Shown here: positions 45,280-64,000 of the stretch, one piece after another
Position numbering within the stretch: the first letter of the stretch is position 1
How the letters are laid out: each line of letters opens with the position of its first letter
Assembly (NCBI GenBank): GCA_028826165.1
Contig: JAPDFW010000136.1
Location: forward strand, 434,001-498,000
Source: Anaeramoeba ignava BMAN
Taxonomy: Eukaryota > Protista > Anaeramoebae
Length of the DNA: 64,000 nt
Direction: 5' to 3'
The notes under the pieces: generated by a model
Told to the model about the DNA's origin: nothing
Seen by the model: the letters and a program-made list of their open reading frames with translations, nothing else
Databases searched by the model: none
Translations under genes and position numbers: made by a program

Positions 45280-46010
45280 AATTAATTTGGAAATTGATTT
45301 AAAATTGAATTGAAAATTGATTTGGAAATTGATTTAAAAATTGATTTGATTTAAAAATTGATTTGAAAATTGATTTGGAAATTGAATTGGAAATTGATTT
45401 GGGAATTGATTTGGAAATTGATTTTGAAATTAATTTGGAAATTAATTTGAAAATTGATTTGAAAATTGATTTGGAAATTGATTTAAAAATTGATTTGGAA
45501 ATTGAATAAAGTTTTTGAAATTGATTTGGAAATTGATTTGGAAATTGATTTGGAAATTAATTTAAAAATTGATTTTGAAATTGATTTTGAAATTGATTTT
45601 GAAATTGATTTGGAAATTAAATTGGAAATTGATTTGAAAATTGATTTGAAAATTGATTTGTAAATTGATTTGGAAATTGATTTTGAAATTGATTTGGAAA
45701 TTGATTTGGAAATTAATTTGGAAATTGAATTGAAAATTGATTTGTAAATTGATTTGAAAATTGATTTGGAAATTGAATAAAGTTTTTGAAATTGATTTGA
45801 AAATTGAATTGAAAATTGATTTTGAAATTGATTTTGAAATTGATTTGAAAATTGATTTAAAAATTGAATTGAAAATTGAATTGAAATTGATTTTGAAATT
45901 GAATTGAAAATTGATTTTGAAATTGATTTAAAAATTGATTTGGAAATTGATTTGGAAATTGATTTGGAAATTGAATTGAAAATTGAATAAAGTTTTTGGA
46001 ATTGAATTGA
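45280..46010. repeat. Intergenic/3'-UTR 12-bp minisatellite (ggaaattgattt variants)
   Basis: Tandem array directly visible downstream of the BEACH stop codon. Confidence 0.9.
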
Positions 46011-46040
46011 AATAAAATTTTTGTAAAGAATGCACTTAAA

Positions 46041-49000
46041 TTAAAGATTTTGAATACAAAATACAATAATAGTTCCATCTTCACAACCAGCAAGAATATG
46101 TTTTGAATCTCTTGTTATTATAATTGATAATACAAGTCTTTTTGAAGGATATGAACAAATAAATAATAAATCTTCAATTTGATAAATTTCTACAAAATGT
46201 TTCTGATTTGCAACAATAATATACTTACTATCTGGAGTTGTACAATAACAAGTTATATCAGAATCAATTTTTCTTTGAGCTAATAATTTTCCATTAATTG
46301 AAAAAAGAGATATAGCTGGATCATTTGTTGAAATTACAATAATTCTTCCATCTTTACATAAACGAATAAGTCGAATTTGATTTTTTTTATCATGTTCAGA
46401 ATCTAAATAGATATCAAGTTTTAAATCTTTTTCTTTTTCTTTTTCTTTTTCTTTTTCTTTTTCTTTTTCTTTTTCTTTTTCTTTTTCTTTTTCTTTTTCT
46501 TGATTTTTTTGATTTTGTTGATTTTCTTGATTTTCTTGTTGATTTTCTTGATTTGATTTTGATTTTCTTGATTTTTTTTCTTTGATTTTTGAGTTTGAAT
46601 TTGTTGTTGATTTTGTTGTTGATTTTTTTTGATTTGATTTTGTTGTTGATTTTCTTGTTGATTTTCTTGTTGATTTTCTTGATTTTGATTTTGATTTTGA
46701 TTTTGTTGTTGATTTTGTTGTTGATTTTCTTGATTTTGATTTTGATTTTGATTTTCTTGTTGATTTTCTTGATTTTCTTGTTGATTTTCTTGATTTTCTT
46801 GATTTTGTTGATTTTGTTGATTTTGTTGATTTTGATTTTCTTGTTGATTTTCTTGATTTTTATTTTGATTTTCTTTCTTTTTCTTTCTTTTTCTTTTTCT
46901 TTTTGTTCTTGATTTTTTTTCATGAAATAATTTAGATTAATCGTTCTCAAATATTTCCCCGAATACATTGAATGAATAACAACAGTTCCATCATTTGAAC
47001 CACTAACAATTATATCTAGATCAGAACTCAAAGCAACACAAGTAACTTCATTATCATGTTCATAAAAAGTAAATATTTTTTTCAAATCCATTAATTTTTT
47101 ACTAGATTTAACAATTTCCCATAAAATAACAGTTGTATCACGAGATCCAGTAACAATAAACCTATTCAAATGCAAAGCAACACAAGTTACAACATCTTTG
47201 TGTTGAATGATCGAATTCAATAATTGTGAATTTTCGGCATTGGATATTTTGAAGCTATTATCCCAATATCCACAACTGACTAAAAAGGATAATTCAATTG
47301 AAAAAACAAAACAGTTTTGGAAACTTGAAAAATCTTCGCCAAAAGAAAGTCCTATTTTTTTTCGTTGTTTCATTGCTGAATCCTTCTGAATAATAAACGG
47401 CATCTTTGTTGTTGATACTGTTTCTGTTTTTGAAAACGGAAGCCAATTATGGATCCCGATTTTTCCATCATCTCCAAATGTGACAAAATGCTCCAAAACT
47501 CCAATAAAAGAAAAATCAGCCTTTTGTTGAGAAAAAGAGATGCTTAATATTCTACTTTGCGAGATCCTGACCAAAAACGCCTTCATTGATAAAAACTGTT
47601 TTGGATCAATTTGCAAATTGATTTCATATTGACTATTTGCATTTTTGCTTATTCTTGAAGGATGTGGTTTAAAAAACAATTGTGAAGGTGTTTGTCCAAA
47701 ATTTTCCATATATGTTGTTGCCATTTTTCTTTGGGAATCATTGGAAACAGAGTTGATATCAACTGATCCTTCGTATGTCAAATAGAAGAACACATTATAT
47801 GAGTCTTCCGCTGCCTTTCCTTGTTGTTTATAACCGAAAATCAAGTCAATCCATTCATTCAAATGCTTTGATACATACTCGCTTTCAAGCGCCTCTCGAT
47901 TGATTCGGATAAAATCTTCGGCGCTTTTTGCCCATTTGGGAAGCTCTACATCATTCACTCTGAATCCTCCATATTGATTTCCAAAATCAAAGTTTTCTGT
48001 GTTTTCTAAAAATTCAGGGAAATAAAAAAATTCTGGAATCAATTCTTTGACATCTGAAGAATTCATTAAACATGATTTCCATGTTGAAATAATGGAAAAA
48101 AATATTCTATCTGGATGATCAAATTTGTTTCCATGCAAATTGATAGAATATGTTGTAAAAGGTTCTATACGGATTAAATAATAAAGGATAACAGCTATTC
48201 CAAAAAATAAAAGAAAATATTTTAATTTTAATTTTATAAATTAATTTTAATTTTAATTTTATAAATGAATTTTATAAATGAATTTTATTTTAATTTTATA
48301 AATTAATTTTAATTTTATAAATGAATTTTATTTTATTTTAATTTTATAAATGAATTTTATTTTAAATTTTATTTTAAATTTAATTTTATTTTAATTTTAT
48401 AAATTAATTTTAATTTAATTTTATAAATTAATTTTATTTTAATTTTATAAATTAATTTTAATTTTATAAATTAATTTTGATTTAATTTTTATAAATTAAT
48501 TTTATTTTAATTTTATAAATTAATTTTATTTTAATTTTATAAATGAATTTTGATTTAATTTTATAAATTAATTTTGATTTAATTTTATAAATGAATTTTA
48601 TTTTAATTTTATAAATTAATTTTATATTTCTTTGTTTGTATGTGTGTGATTTTTACCTGCACTTGAATAATGTGATCCATAGAAAAAGGGTGGTAATCCT
48701 GGATTAGTAAGTTTGAATTGAGAATATCTCTCCTTGAAAATTTTCAACCTTTCTTCATTTAAAGCACCTACTGGCTTTGAAAGATCGCGATAAAATTTCG
48801 GATCATTCAAATCAAGACTTTCTGATTCATAGTCGGAAATGATCCATGGAAACACAGGATATTGAGAAAGATCATTGTAGGTTCTTCCAGCAATTGTGTT
48901 GAGTTTCATGAGATAGTCAAAATTGGATATTTTCCGTTCTTGCCATGCTTTTGTGATTTTGGGAAGATTTTGGATTGAATCGATATCCTTATTCAAATTA

Positions 49001-52000
49001 TGAAGTTTTAAAGAAAATAATTTATGAACAACTTCTTCAATATCATCTTTCTCAAAATTGAACAGGGCGCTTTTATGGTCAGCAAAGAATATTTCAAGTG
49101 ATGTTGGTTGGAAATGTATTTTGCGTCGATGAATTTCCAAAATTGAGTTCAGATCCCATTGTTTGTCTTTTGAAACTTCATTTTGTTTTTTTTGTGGTTT
49201 ATCATCTTTATTTTCTTGTTGTTTTCCAAAGAAAAATAAGTGCGCCGAAGATATTTCAAATGTTCCTTCTTGATGAGTGATTTGGGAATACAACCAACAT
49301 TTTTTAGTGAATAAAATTTCCTCCATTTGAACTTGGATTTCTCGACTCAAGTTGCTATTGCTTGTGTTGTTGGGATCGAGTTCTTCTTTTGGATCTTCTC
49401 TTGAATTTTCAATGTTTTGATTTTGATTTTGATTTTGATTTTGATTTTGTGGTGAAATATTTGGATTTTGCAACCTCGCTTTTTGTGAAGAGTGTGATTG
49501 ATTTCGCAAAGAAGGTGCTAATTGCTTTGAGAGATCTAATTGAAGTTTCTTTCTATTATTTTCTTGGTTTCTTTTACTATCCAAAAAATGTTCAACTGAA
49601 GAATTCAAATGCAAATCAAAATGGAAATTGATTTTCATTTTACGTCTTCTTCTTGAAGAGTCTTCAATCTTATCGAGCATGTAATGGATATCATCCTCGT
49701 TCATCTCATGAAGCGATAATCCCCAAGGCGCGCGCGGATTTCTTAAGCTGCGGTATATTTTTTTCCATCTGAAACGAACCAGTTTGTTGTTCAGATTGTA
49801 TTTTTTCTCTTGCTCATCAAATTCTGCACTATATTTTGAAGATTCCTCAAAAGGTCGAATGAAAAATGCTTGACGAAATTCTTCTCTTTCTTTCTTCTTC
49901 ACTTTTTTTATTTCCAAAAGTGCCATTGCATTTTGTTTGAATAAATCAAGTGAATTCCGAATAGGCAATTTAAGTAATTTAAGAAGTGATGAAATGAATT
50001 TCTTTTTCGGTTTGGAAAATATTGTTTTTCGAACATATCTCCAGTTCGGAGAGTTGAATAAAAACATAAGGTTTTCTTTTGAAGAAGTGAAAATTTCGGA
50101 CTTGCTTTTTTCTTTTGGAAGAATTCGCTTTCCGTTTTCGTCTTTGAGTTTACGAGAAAAAAAGCTATATTCGGAATTAAATATCTTGATGATTGATAGC
50201 AAAACTTGGAATTGTTTTTGGGTCAAAACTCCCGTTGAGAAATGAGTCGATTTCTCAAAAGACTCAGTGTTTGTGGATGGGGGACTTGATTTTGTTCGTT
50301 CTACATCAGCGTTATTTTGGAAAGGAATGTCGAAATCGGAGACTTCCTGCGAATCTAAATCTTGAGTATGGTCATTCTCGTTATCAGCACCTCCGTCATT
50401 TTCTGAGAAGATATCACTTTGAATTTCTGAATTTTCCTTCTTTTCACTGATGCTATTGTTGCTGCTTTTTTTCTGTGTAGATGTTTGTTTATTTTCGGTA
50501 GAATTTTCGTAATTTTTTTTGAATAATCGAGAATTATCCGATTCAAATTCAGAATCTGTTCTTGGTCTTTCTTGGAAGTCTTGGCTATCGAGATCGAATT
50601 CGATAAATTCATCGCTTTCGAATTTATCTCCAGAATCAGTAAGGGAGCTTTCAGAAAACAAGCAGCTAAAAAGCAATCCCATTGAATGAATGAATCGGGT
50701 ATTGTTTTGTATTTGTCCGAGGATAAGCTCATTTGCATACTGTGTGTATTCCTTTGTTTTGTGTCCATTGAGCTCAGGAATAATCAATAGGCACATTGCA
50801 AGTGTTTTGTGATGAATCGAATATATCTTTTTTTTATCAAGCGAAATCCATCTTTTTGCAGTGAAAAGATTGAATTTCTTTGTCATTGAATAAACGCTTT
50901 CAAAAAGCCAAATATCCATAAAATGGTTCCTTTTGACTGAAAGAGTTTTGCCAATTTTCTGTTGTTTTATGTCCATTTTTGTTGAAAGTATTACTTGCTT
51001 TTGTTCGTTCATTGTCCGGTAATTCCAATCAAAGAAGAAATACTGAGTTACCATCAAAAAAAGATGGTAAATGTTGTTTAGAATAACTGCGAAATTGATT
51101 TCTTTTGTTTCCTTCTTTTTTTGGATATTTTTGTAAATATTCTCCATAATCTCGCACATCAGCCGCCGAACAATAATCAATTCTTTATGAGATTGCAAAT
51201 CAGTACTTATTTGGATAAAGGAAATTATTTCATCAAAAATTTTCCCCCATGTTTTATCTATGAGAATAGTTTCCAAAAGTATCCATCTCATTATTTCAAT
51301 AACCTCTTCATTAATTTCTTTTTGCGATTGATATGAATCCGCGATTTCTTTGCCAAATTCATCATCACCAAGCGGTGAATTTTTTAAGGGAGTTGAATAG
51401 ATTTTCTCGTTTCTTGTTGTGTCTAAAATTCTGAGTCTCGAAGTAATATTGTGCCGCTCTTCTTGTTCCAATAACTCAACATCTAGAAGATCCAAAAAAT
51501 TCTTTGACCATCCGATTTGCTGAGTTAGTTTCAATGTGTTTTCCTTGTCGGATTTCAATAGAATAAACACCTCTTTTAGTAGTTGCAACGTTAAATGGCA
51601 TGTTTTCTTCTTCACAAATTTTAAAATTGTATAGATGATATTTGGATTCTGCAAAACTACAGAACTCCGTGAAAAACGAGCAGTATCAAAAGAAATATCG
51701 AAAAGTATTCTTGATAGATTTTTGGTGATCGAATAATGCAATAGAATTTCGTGAATTGAAAAATATCCTGCTCCAAATTGGAATCGAGAAATCATTTGGT
51801 TTTTGTTTTGAATGATTCTTGCATCTAATAAATATATAATTTCAGTCATAATTTCCCGAATTTTATCGTTTGATGTATTTAATAAGTGAATGAAAAAATC
51901 AATGAAAGAAACTTCCAGTCCGCATGTTTCAAAAAGAGGTAGCAAAGATTCTGCTTGTAATATATCTCGAAATGTTTGAAGCGCGTCGTAAATCTCGCTT

Positions 52001-55000
52001 TTATTTGTTATAACCAAAAAATACTTAGTCAGAGAAAAAATTGCTTCTTTAAGATCATTTCGACCAAAAATTGTCATTCTTTCTGGGATTTTTTTGATAA
52101 ATTGGAACGAAATTATCGAAAGAAGCTTTTTTCTTAATTCATAAATGTTTTTTAATTCAGGACGAAATCTTGTTTTTGTTACTTTTCCTCTTGAAAATTT
52201 TTCTTGGTGAATCCAATAATATAATCTTAAAATATCGATTAATTTATCAATTCGAATTTCTATTTGTTTTTGGGGATTTTCTTCGATTTTCAAGCTTTTG
52301 TTAATTATTTTCCCAATATAATTCAAGCATTCAGTCTGAACTTCAACACTACAATAAATCCAAATATCAAAATTCATTAAAACATTATCAAATATTCTTT
52401 TTGAGAATTCGTTGTTGATTGGTTTTGAAATGAGATGATATATATCCTTAATAATAAAAATTGAAATATGTTTTGGATCAATATTTTGTAATAAATAACT
52501 AAATAAGGAAAATCCATATTTGTTTATCATTTCGTTTTGGCTATATTCACTTGAAAGTAAGAATCTAGAAATGAGACGAAAAGTGAGTGTGAAGAAGTTC
52601 GAATTTGATTTTGTTTGATTATTTTCATTTTGATTTTCATTTTGATTTTCATTTTGATTTTGATTTTCATTTTTTTCATTATTTTCATTATTTTCATTAT
52701 TTTCATTTTGATTTTTATTTTGATTTTGATTTTGATTTTGATTTTGATTTTTATTTTCATTTTGATTTTCATTTTCATTTTTATTTTCATTTTGATTTTG
52801 ATTTTCATTTTTTTCATTTTGATTTTGATTTTTATTTTTTTCATTATTTTCATTTTTTTCATTATTTTGATTTTCATTTTGATTTTCATTTTCATTTTCA
52901 TTTTTATTTTCATTTTCATTTTGATTTTTATTTTCATTTTTTTCATTATTTTCATTATTTTCATTTTGATTTTTTATTTTGATTTTGAATTTCATTTTGA
53001 TTTTTGATTTTCATTTTGATTTTCATTTTTGATTTTTCATTATTTTGATTTTCATTTTTTTCATTATTTTCATTTTCATTTTTCATTTTGATTTTGATTT
53101 TGATTTTGATTTTGATTTTGAATTTCATTTTGATTTTGATTTTGATTTTGAATTTCATTTTGATTTTGATTTTGATTTTCATTTCATTTTCATTTTCATT
53201 TTGATTTTGATTTTCATTTTGATTTTGATTTTCATTTTCATTTTGATTTTGATTTTGATTTTGAATTTCATTTTGAATTTGATTTTCATTATGATTTTCA
53301 TTTTCATTTTCATTTTTATTTTCGTTTTCATTTTCATTTTCATTTTCATTTTTATTTTGATTTTGATTTTGATTTTGATTTTGATTTTGATTTTGAATTT
53401 GATTTTCATTTTTATTATTTTTATTTTGATTTTCATTTTCATTGTTTTCATTGTTTTGATTGTTTTGTTGTTCATTTTGTTCAATGTGTTCAATTTCTTG
53501 ATCAACTTGAAGAAATAATGGGAAAAATACTTTGATACCACCTAAACATTGAATAACATCACCAATATCATGAGAAAAGCATTTGAGTATTCCTGTCATA
53601 ATTCCATTTTTGGGTGAATCAATAGAATTTTTACTTAGATCTAAACAAATATTTCCATTTGATGCACGAATATGATAAAACAAAAACGATTTCTTATGAA
53701 TATATTTAGAAACTTCTGAATTCTCACTATTATCAAATGAAAAATCTACTAAATCAAACAATGGATCCCATTGAGGCCCAAATTTCAACATTTGTTTTGG
53801 AAAGGAAACTTCAGTAATTTCTTCCAAAAAGCAAATAATTCCCAATTGACCAAAATATGATTTTTGTTTGTAAACTAATTTTCTAGCATTTTTTTTGCAA
53901 ATTTTTAGTTTTTCATTTTCGATCTGCAAAATATTTGCTGAATCTTTTGATTTATCTTTTGATTTATCTTTTGATTTTACTTTTGATTTTTCTTTTGATT
54001 TGAAATCACTATTTTGATTAAAAATAGATTGATCATTTTCTTCACTCAACCATTGCGATCCAATAATGTTTTTTGTAAGAGGAGAATCAAAAACAGGATA
54101 ATCAATCGATGGTTGTTCTGTGAAAAAATCATTAATTCCAATTTTGACAGAACTTAACGACCAAGGAGTTTTTGTTGATTGAGAAAAAATTATGAAATTC
54201 CATTTCCTTGTTGGGAAAATGTAGGAAAAAATCAGTTCGGAAGATTTTTGATCTTTGATTATTTTCAGCACAAAATTTAAACGAATGGAATGTTTTTCCA
54301 TTTCTTCTTGATCATTATCATTCACATTTTTTTGCAAATAAAATTCAATTCCGTCTCCTTTATCAGTTAAGAAACTAAACAAACGAGGTTGATAGTTTGG
54401 GTCTTCAAAGGAATATAATTGATCTATATGCATCCATGTAAAAAAGCTCCATCCGCGAGTTGGGAATTTATCAATCGGCGGCGCAATTATTTCTCCGTAA
54501 TTAAAATCAAAAAAGCATCTTGGCGCGTTTTTAAATCCATTATTTTCATTTTTTTGCACCATTTTTTCAACTGCTTCAAGTAAAATCAATCCAGATGACG
54601 GACGTTTCCCTTCTTTTGTACTTTTCATAAGCGTAAATAACCTCTTCATTTCTTTTATTGTCACAGAATAAGATCCAATCAACCCCAAAAATTTCGAAAT
54701 TAGATTTTGATGTATTTGAGAATCAATTATTGTCAGGAGTTTTGCCAAAAATGTTATTAATCCAGAACTGCAACAAGCCCAAGAATTATGTATGGATTTT
54801 TTGCAAATGATTATGAAATTCTGGATAAGCTTAATAAATATTGAACTATTCCATTTCTTTGAATAAGATTTAAAAAGAAGTAAAATGATGTATTTGTTTC
54901 TGATGATAAAATTATTTTTGATATTAAAATCTCCATTGCTGACAAGCATTTCGAATAATTGCTGATGAACTTTTGATTCCAGACTTGGATTTGTTGATAT

Positions 55001-58000
55001 TTCAATCAGTTCTTGAAGCTTTCCAAATCCTACTTTTTCTTCAAACAATTCTATATTTTGGGGATTATTATAAAATAATTGATTCAAAAAATCAAGGATT
55101 GAAGACAAACAAAAACTATTTAAATTGGATATTGATAATATTAAACAAATCATGTCAAAAGCTGAAGTTTTGGGGAGTAATTCTTGTAAATTTTCGTTGT
55201 TTTTTTTCAATGAATTGACTAGAATATGGATTAAATTTCTAGTTAGAGTATGTATAGATTGGTGATTTTTGAATTTTTCTTCATATTTTTTAAACCCCAT
55301 AGCAGTTTCTTGAACAATTCTTTGTATGTCTGCATTTTCTATGTTGATTTTTGGCAATTCTGCTTCAATTTCTTCATTATTGTTGCTTTGAATTATTTTT
55401 TGGTTCTGTCCAAATTCTCTTTCGTAGTATGCAAGACTTAAAATCAAACCAATAAATGCTTCAAAGAATTCCAGATCAAAACTTGTAAAATTGCTTGGAA
55501 TAGATATCATCATTTTGAATATCATATTGATTGAATATATTTGTATTTTGGGATTAATAAGTAGATAGAAAAGTGTTTGGATCCATTGAATATCTTCTGT
55601 AGCTTTTCTTCGAATGCCATCATTTAAAAAGAGGAATTCAAGTAACTCGAAAATTTTAAAGCGAGTTTGATGGAATAAATTGGATGAAGAGTGCTTTCCA
55701 TTGTTGCCTGATGTTCCAATTCCAAACAAAAAGCGAATAATAATATGATAAATTCCAAATCCATCAATTTGGTGCATGTGATTTGAAAATGTAGTGATAT
55801 CTGTTTTGAGTATTAAAAGTAAAGTTTGTGCCACATCAAAAATAATATTTAGTTTTGTTGGGTTTCTTTTTACGAGTTCGATAAGAGCAAACAATTCATA
55901 AGAACTTGAATCTGGATTATTAGTAGCAATACTAGCAAGAGATTGGTGAGTATATTTTTTCATTCTTATTGCCATAGAATCTTCGCCAATTCCAATATCC
56001 TAACAAAAAAGAATATCAAAATTAAAATATTAATTTAAATATTTTTTTAATATTTTTTTAATATTTGATTTTATATTTAATTTAAATATTTTTTTAATAT
56101 TTAATTTTTAATATTTGATTTAAATATTTTTTAAATATTTGATTTAAATATTTTTTTAATATTTTTAAAATACATGATAAATATTTGATAATAAATTAAA
56201 CCAAAAATTATTTGAGTGTATAAATTGTATTGCTGCTAAAGGAGTCCAGAATTTTAAAATATAATTAAGCGTGTAAATCCGGAATAAATTATAAAATTTT
56301 GATTTTGATGATTGATTGTGGCAAAGTAATTTCGTGAAAATTTCAATCATTTTTGTCGCCAAATTTTCACTTTGTGAAAAATTTTTAGAAAGAATTTCCA
56401 CATTTGATTCTTTCACAATCGCTCTTAAAAACCGTTTTTTAATTGCCATTTTCTGAATAATTTCTTGTTCTTTCTTGTTCTTTTTGCTCTTTTTTGTTTT
56501 AGAGCTTTGCTTTTGTTTTTTCTTTTTGTTTTTATCTTTTTCCTTCTTCTTTTTCTTTTGATAATTCTCTTGGATTTTCAAATTTTTCAAACTTATGCAA
56601 GTTATTTCATCTAATTTTTCAAATAATTGCTGGAGTTCAATGTTATAAAAGAATTCAAATGATATTTTAGGGAATTGAATAGGTTTTGTTTGCCGAATAT
56701 TTTTTGTTAATAATGGAACATCATGTGGAAGTTCTTTTGAGAATTCTAAATAAAAATAAAATAAATTAAAATTTAAAATTCAAATTAAAATTCATATATA
56801 TTTCTTAGAAGTTTACTTTTCGAACTTTTTTTAGAATTGATTTCTGTTTTTTGAATCACTTGATATGAATTATCGATATCTATAAATGATTCGTTGTTAT
56901 CGATATTATCAGTTGAAATATTTTCGTTTGTGTCTTCGATTCCTAATATTATAGGATCTTCTTGTTGTTCCTCTTTTAGTGCTTCCTTGATTGTTTGAAT
57001 TAAAGTTGTTCCGATCCAAAGCATTGAATCTGTCAAAAAAGTGATTTCAGGATTTTGACAAAAAAAAGAATCAATAATTGGATTGCTATCAATTAAAGTT
57101 TGCATAATTTCAAGGCCAATCATTTTGGTTTGGAATTCTTGATGTAGAATTGATTGCTCATCCATTTCGGAAAAGAACTCTTCAAATCCGAAATAGGGAG
57201 ATGCTTTAAAAATGCAATTTTCTTTTCTTTTTTCTTTCATTTCGTTTAATCCTTCTATTTTTGATAACGAATTTTTTGGTGGTTCAAAAAGTTTTAATAT
57301 TATACTTGACACATATATTGGCTCTCTTTTTTGGAATGTTTTGTGATCCAAAAATTCCTTTATTAAGGAAAGAATATCAAATCTTATTGAATATTGTTGG
57401 TGATAAAAATTAAATAATTTGCGGAAATGGATAAATTGAAGAAGTAAATCTTTTTTTCAATTAAAATTTAAAATTCAAAATTTAAAATTAAAAAAAAATT
57501 CTTATTATTTGTTGGATAATAATTACATATTATTGAAGTGTTCAATTCAGTTAAAATAGAAGATTGGAATTGAATAGAAGCTATTGGATTTTGATAAGAA
57601 GTTAGTATTTGAGTTAATCGATGAATTATATATTGAATTAATTGGAAATTTAAAAGGAATATAGAATCTTGTTTTTCTTTTTTTGTTTCAAACTATTGGA
57701 AAAAAGAAAAGAAAAGAAAAGAATTAATAAATTTGTTTTGTTTTTTTGGAAGTATCAATTTATATTCAAAAATTAATGAATAAATGATAAATACCATATA
57801 AATCATTTTCCCAAAAAAAAGAACTGATTGTTTAAATATTGGGACTAAAATATCAAATAAACCAAGTTCGATAAATTGGAATTGATTATAATTTGATTTT
57901 GATAAAATCAAAAGAACCTCAATAGAAATCAAACAAGATTGTAAAGATAAGGTTTTCGGTTCAAATTCTTTGGTTTTTTTTTTTTTTGAAAAAGGAATTA

Positions 58001-58523
58001 TTTATATAAGAATTTTGCTTTTTGCTTTTTTGTTTTTTTTGCTTTTTTTTTTACCAAATTTAACAACATCAAATACTTTTGAAAGCATCCATAATGTTTC
58101 TTCAATAATTTGTGGTGAATGAGCTTGGTCAGATTTAATTAATTGAATTAAATCTTTTTCTTCAAGTGGATTTAAAAGAAAATTTTGTATTGTTATTTTA
58201 TCTAATTTTTTTGGTCGCCACTCTTTGTAGCTTTGAATAAATAATAATGCAAATTCACAAAACCAATCAATTTTATTTTGCTATAAAATTGAAAAACAAT
58301 TTTTAATTTAATTTTTTAAAAAAAAATTTCGAAATGAATGAATAATTAATTTTCAAATTACTTCGTCTGTTATAATTTTATGTTTTTCCCAAACTATTTG
58401 TAAATCATTTCCATTTGGTTCATGTTGTAAAAAATAGGTTAAGTTTCGATAATCTAAATTTGATTTTGCTGCTTTTTTTGTTTTTTTTGATTGTTTTTTA
58501 TTTAAATTTTTAAAGACTGACAT
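46041..58523 (-). CDS. Complete BEACH-domain protein (ARM, ConA/LamG, PH-BEACH, WD40), neurobeachin/LvsA-like
   Basis: 'WQERKISNFDYLMKLNTIAGRTYNDLSQYPVFPWI', 'YGSHYSSA', 'DVKELIPEFFY', 'WIDLIFGYKQQG' and WD40 'IVTGSRDTTVILW'. ATG at 58523, stop at 46041. Several GT-AG introns; frame breaks in low-complexity tracts near 53000-53200 and 46400-46900. Confidence 0.93.
48220..48625. repeat. AT-only tandem repeat in BEACH intron 48195-48656
   Basis: Repeated ttttataaattaa units. Confidence 0.85.
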
Positions 58524-58703
58524 TTTAAAAAAATTATTGAATTGAATTGAATTGAAAAAAAAACAACAAAAAAGAAAAAAAAATAATCAAAAAAAAATGA
58601 AAAAAAATGATTTGAAAGAAAATGAAAAAAAAAAAATTTTTTGAAAGAAAAATAAATTCAATTTAAATTTTTCACTTCTTTTATTCTTTTTTCTTTTCTT
58701 ATT

Positions 58704-63153
<4,450 letters not shown>

Positions 63154-63277
63154 TTTAATTTATTAATTTTTTAATTTATTTTCCAAACAAAGAAAAGCAA
63201 AAAAAAAAAGCAAAAAGAAAATAAAAAAAATAAAATTAAAAAAATCATTTTTTTTCCATTTTTTTTTTTAATCTTTT

Positions 63278-64000
63278 TTAATCATTTTGGTTTGTTTCAT
63301 TTTGTTTAATCATTTTTAATGTTTCAATTTCTATTTATTGTTATTTTTTTTTAAAAAAAAAAAAAATAATAAATTTGATGAAAAATTTATAAAATAAAAC
63401 AAATTAATTTTCATTTTATTTTACCTTCTTTATTTAAATCAAATAATTTTGGAAGAGAATTTCCATTTGGTAATTTTGAATCAGTATTTTTTAATTCATC
63501 AAAAAAAGGATGAGTACAAGCAATAAGTGGATCAATTCTTTGACTTGGTGACCATTTTAACATTTTTGATAATAAATCAATTGCATTTTGAGAAACTTGA
63601 TTTTCAAAAAATTCATTCCAATCTTTTTTTTTGAAATCGGGAATTCGATGTTGAGAAAATGGATTCATTTCTTTTACTTCTTCTTCATTTGGATTGCCTA
63701 AAATCAATATAATTTTTTTTAATTGATCAACTCCATTTTCTCCTTGAAAGATTGGTTTTCCAAGGATTAATTCTGCAAAAACACAACCTAAAGACCAAAT
63801 ATCTTGAAAAATATTTTATATAAAATTTGAATTTAAAATTTGAATTTAAAATTTTGATTAAAATTTTGATTAAAATTAATTTAAAATTAATTTAAAATTG
63901 ATTTAAAATTGATTTAAAATTTGAATTTAAAATTGATATAAAATTGATATAAAATTGATTTAAAATTGATTTAAAATTAATATAAAATTGTTTTAAAATT
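63278..64000 (-). CDS. GSK3: Glycogen synthase kinase-3/shaggy-like kinase, 3' exons
   Basis: 'DIWSLGCVFAELILGKPIFQGENGVDQL..LGNP..MNP' and 'HPFFDELK..LPNGNSLPKLF'. Last exon ~63278-63330. Confidence 0.88.

Overview
Very AT-rich, gene-dense, intron-containing eukaryotic (protist) DNA read with the standard code. The (NQ)n/(NE)n-rich proteins and repeat-inflated introns suggest an anaerobic amoeboid protist such as Anaeramoeba; this is inference from style only. Genes in order: 5' part of a BEACH/neurobeachin-like gene (-), RPB5 (+), RPSA/uS2 (-), Mmm1-like SMP protein (+), a probable box C/D snoRNA (-), two tandem bacterial-type DnaQ exonucleases fused to an HhH-like domain (+), PDI-like (-), ankyrin-BTB-BTB (-), a double REM-CDC25 RasGEF (-), a small LIM protein (-), RBM22 (-), a bacterial-type family-6 UDG/hypoxanthine DNA glycosylase (-), an N-terminal-half UBR4/BIG-like gene (+), a cardiolipin-synthase-like CDP-alcohol phosphotransferase (-), a second, complete BEACH gene (-), a CH + pseudo-RasGAP gene (-) and the 3' end of GSK3 (-). 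The most notable observations are an AT-AC intron with a U2-like ATAAGT donor in the LIM gene, an intergenic C/D snoRNA complementary to the LSU rRNA peptidyl-transferase centre, probable horizontally acquired DNA-repair genes with eukaryotic add-ons, and a UBR4 lacking its C-terminal E3 half. Several frameshifts at homopolymers look like assembly errors. All exon boundaries were assigned by eye.
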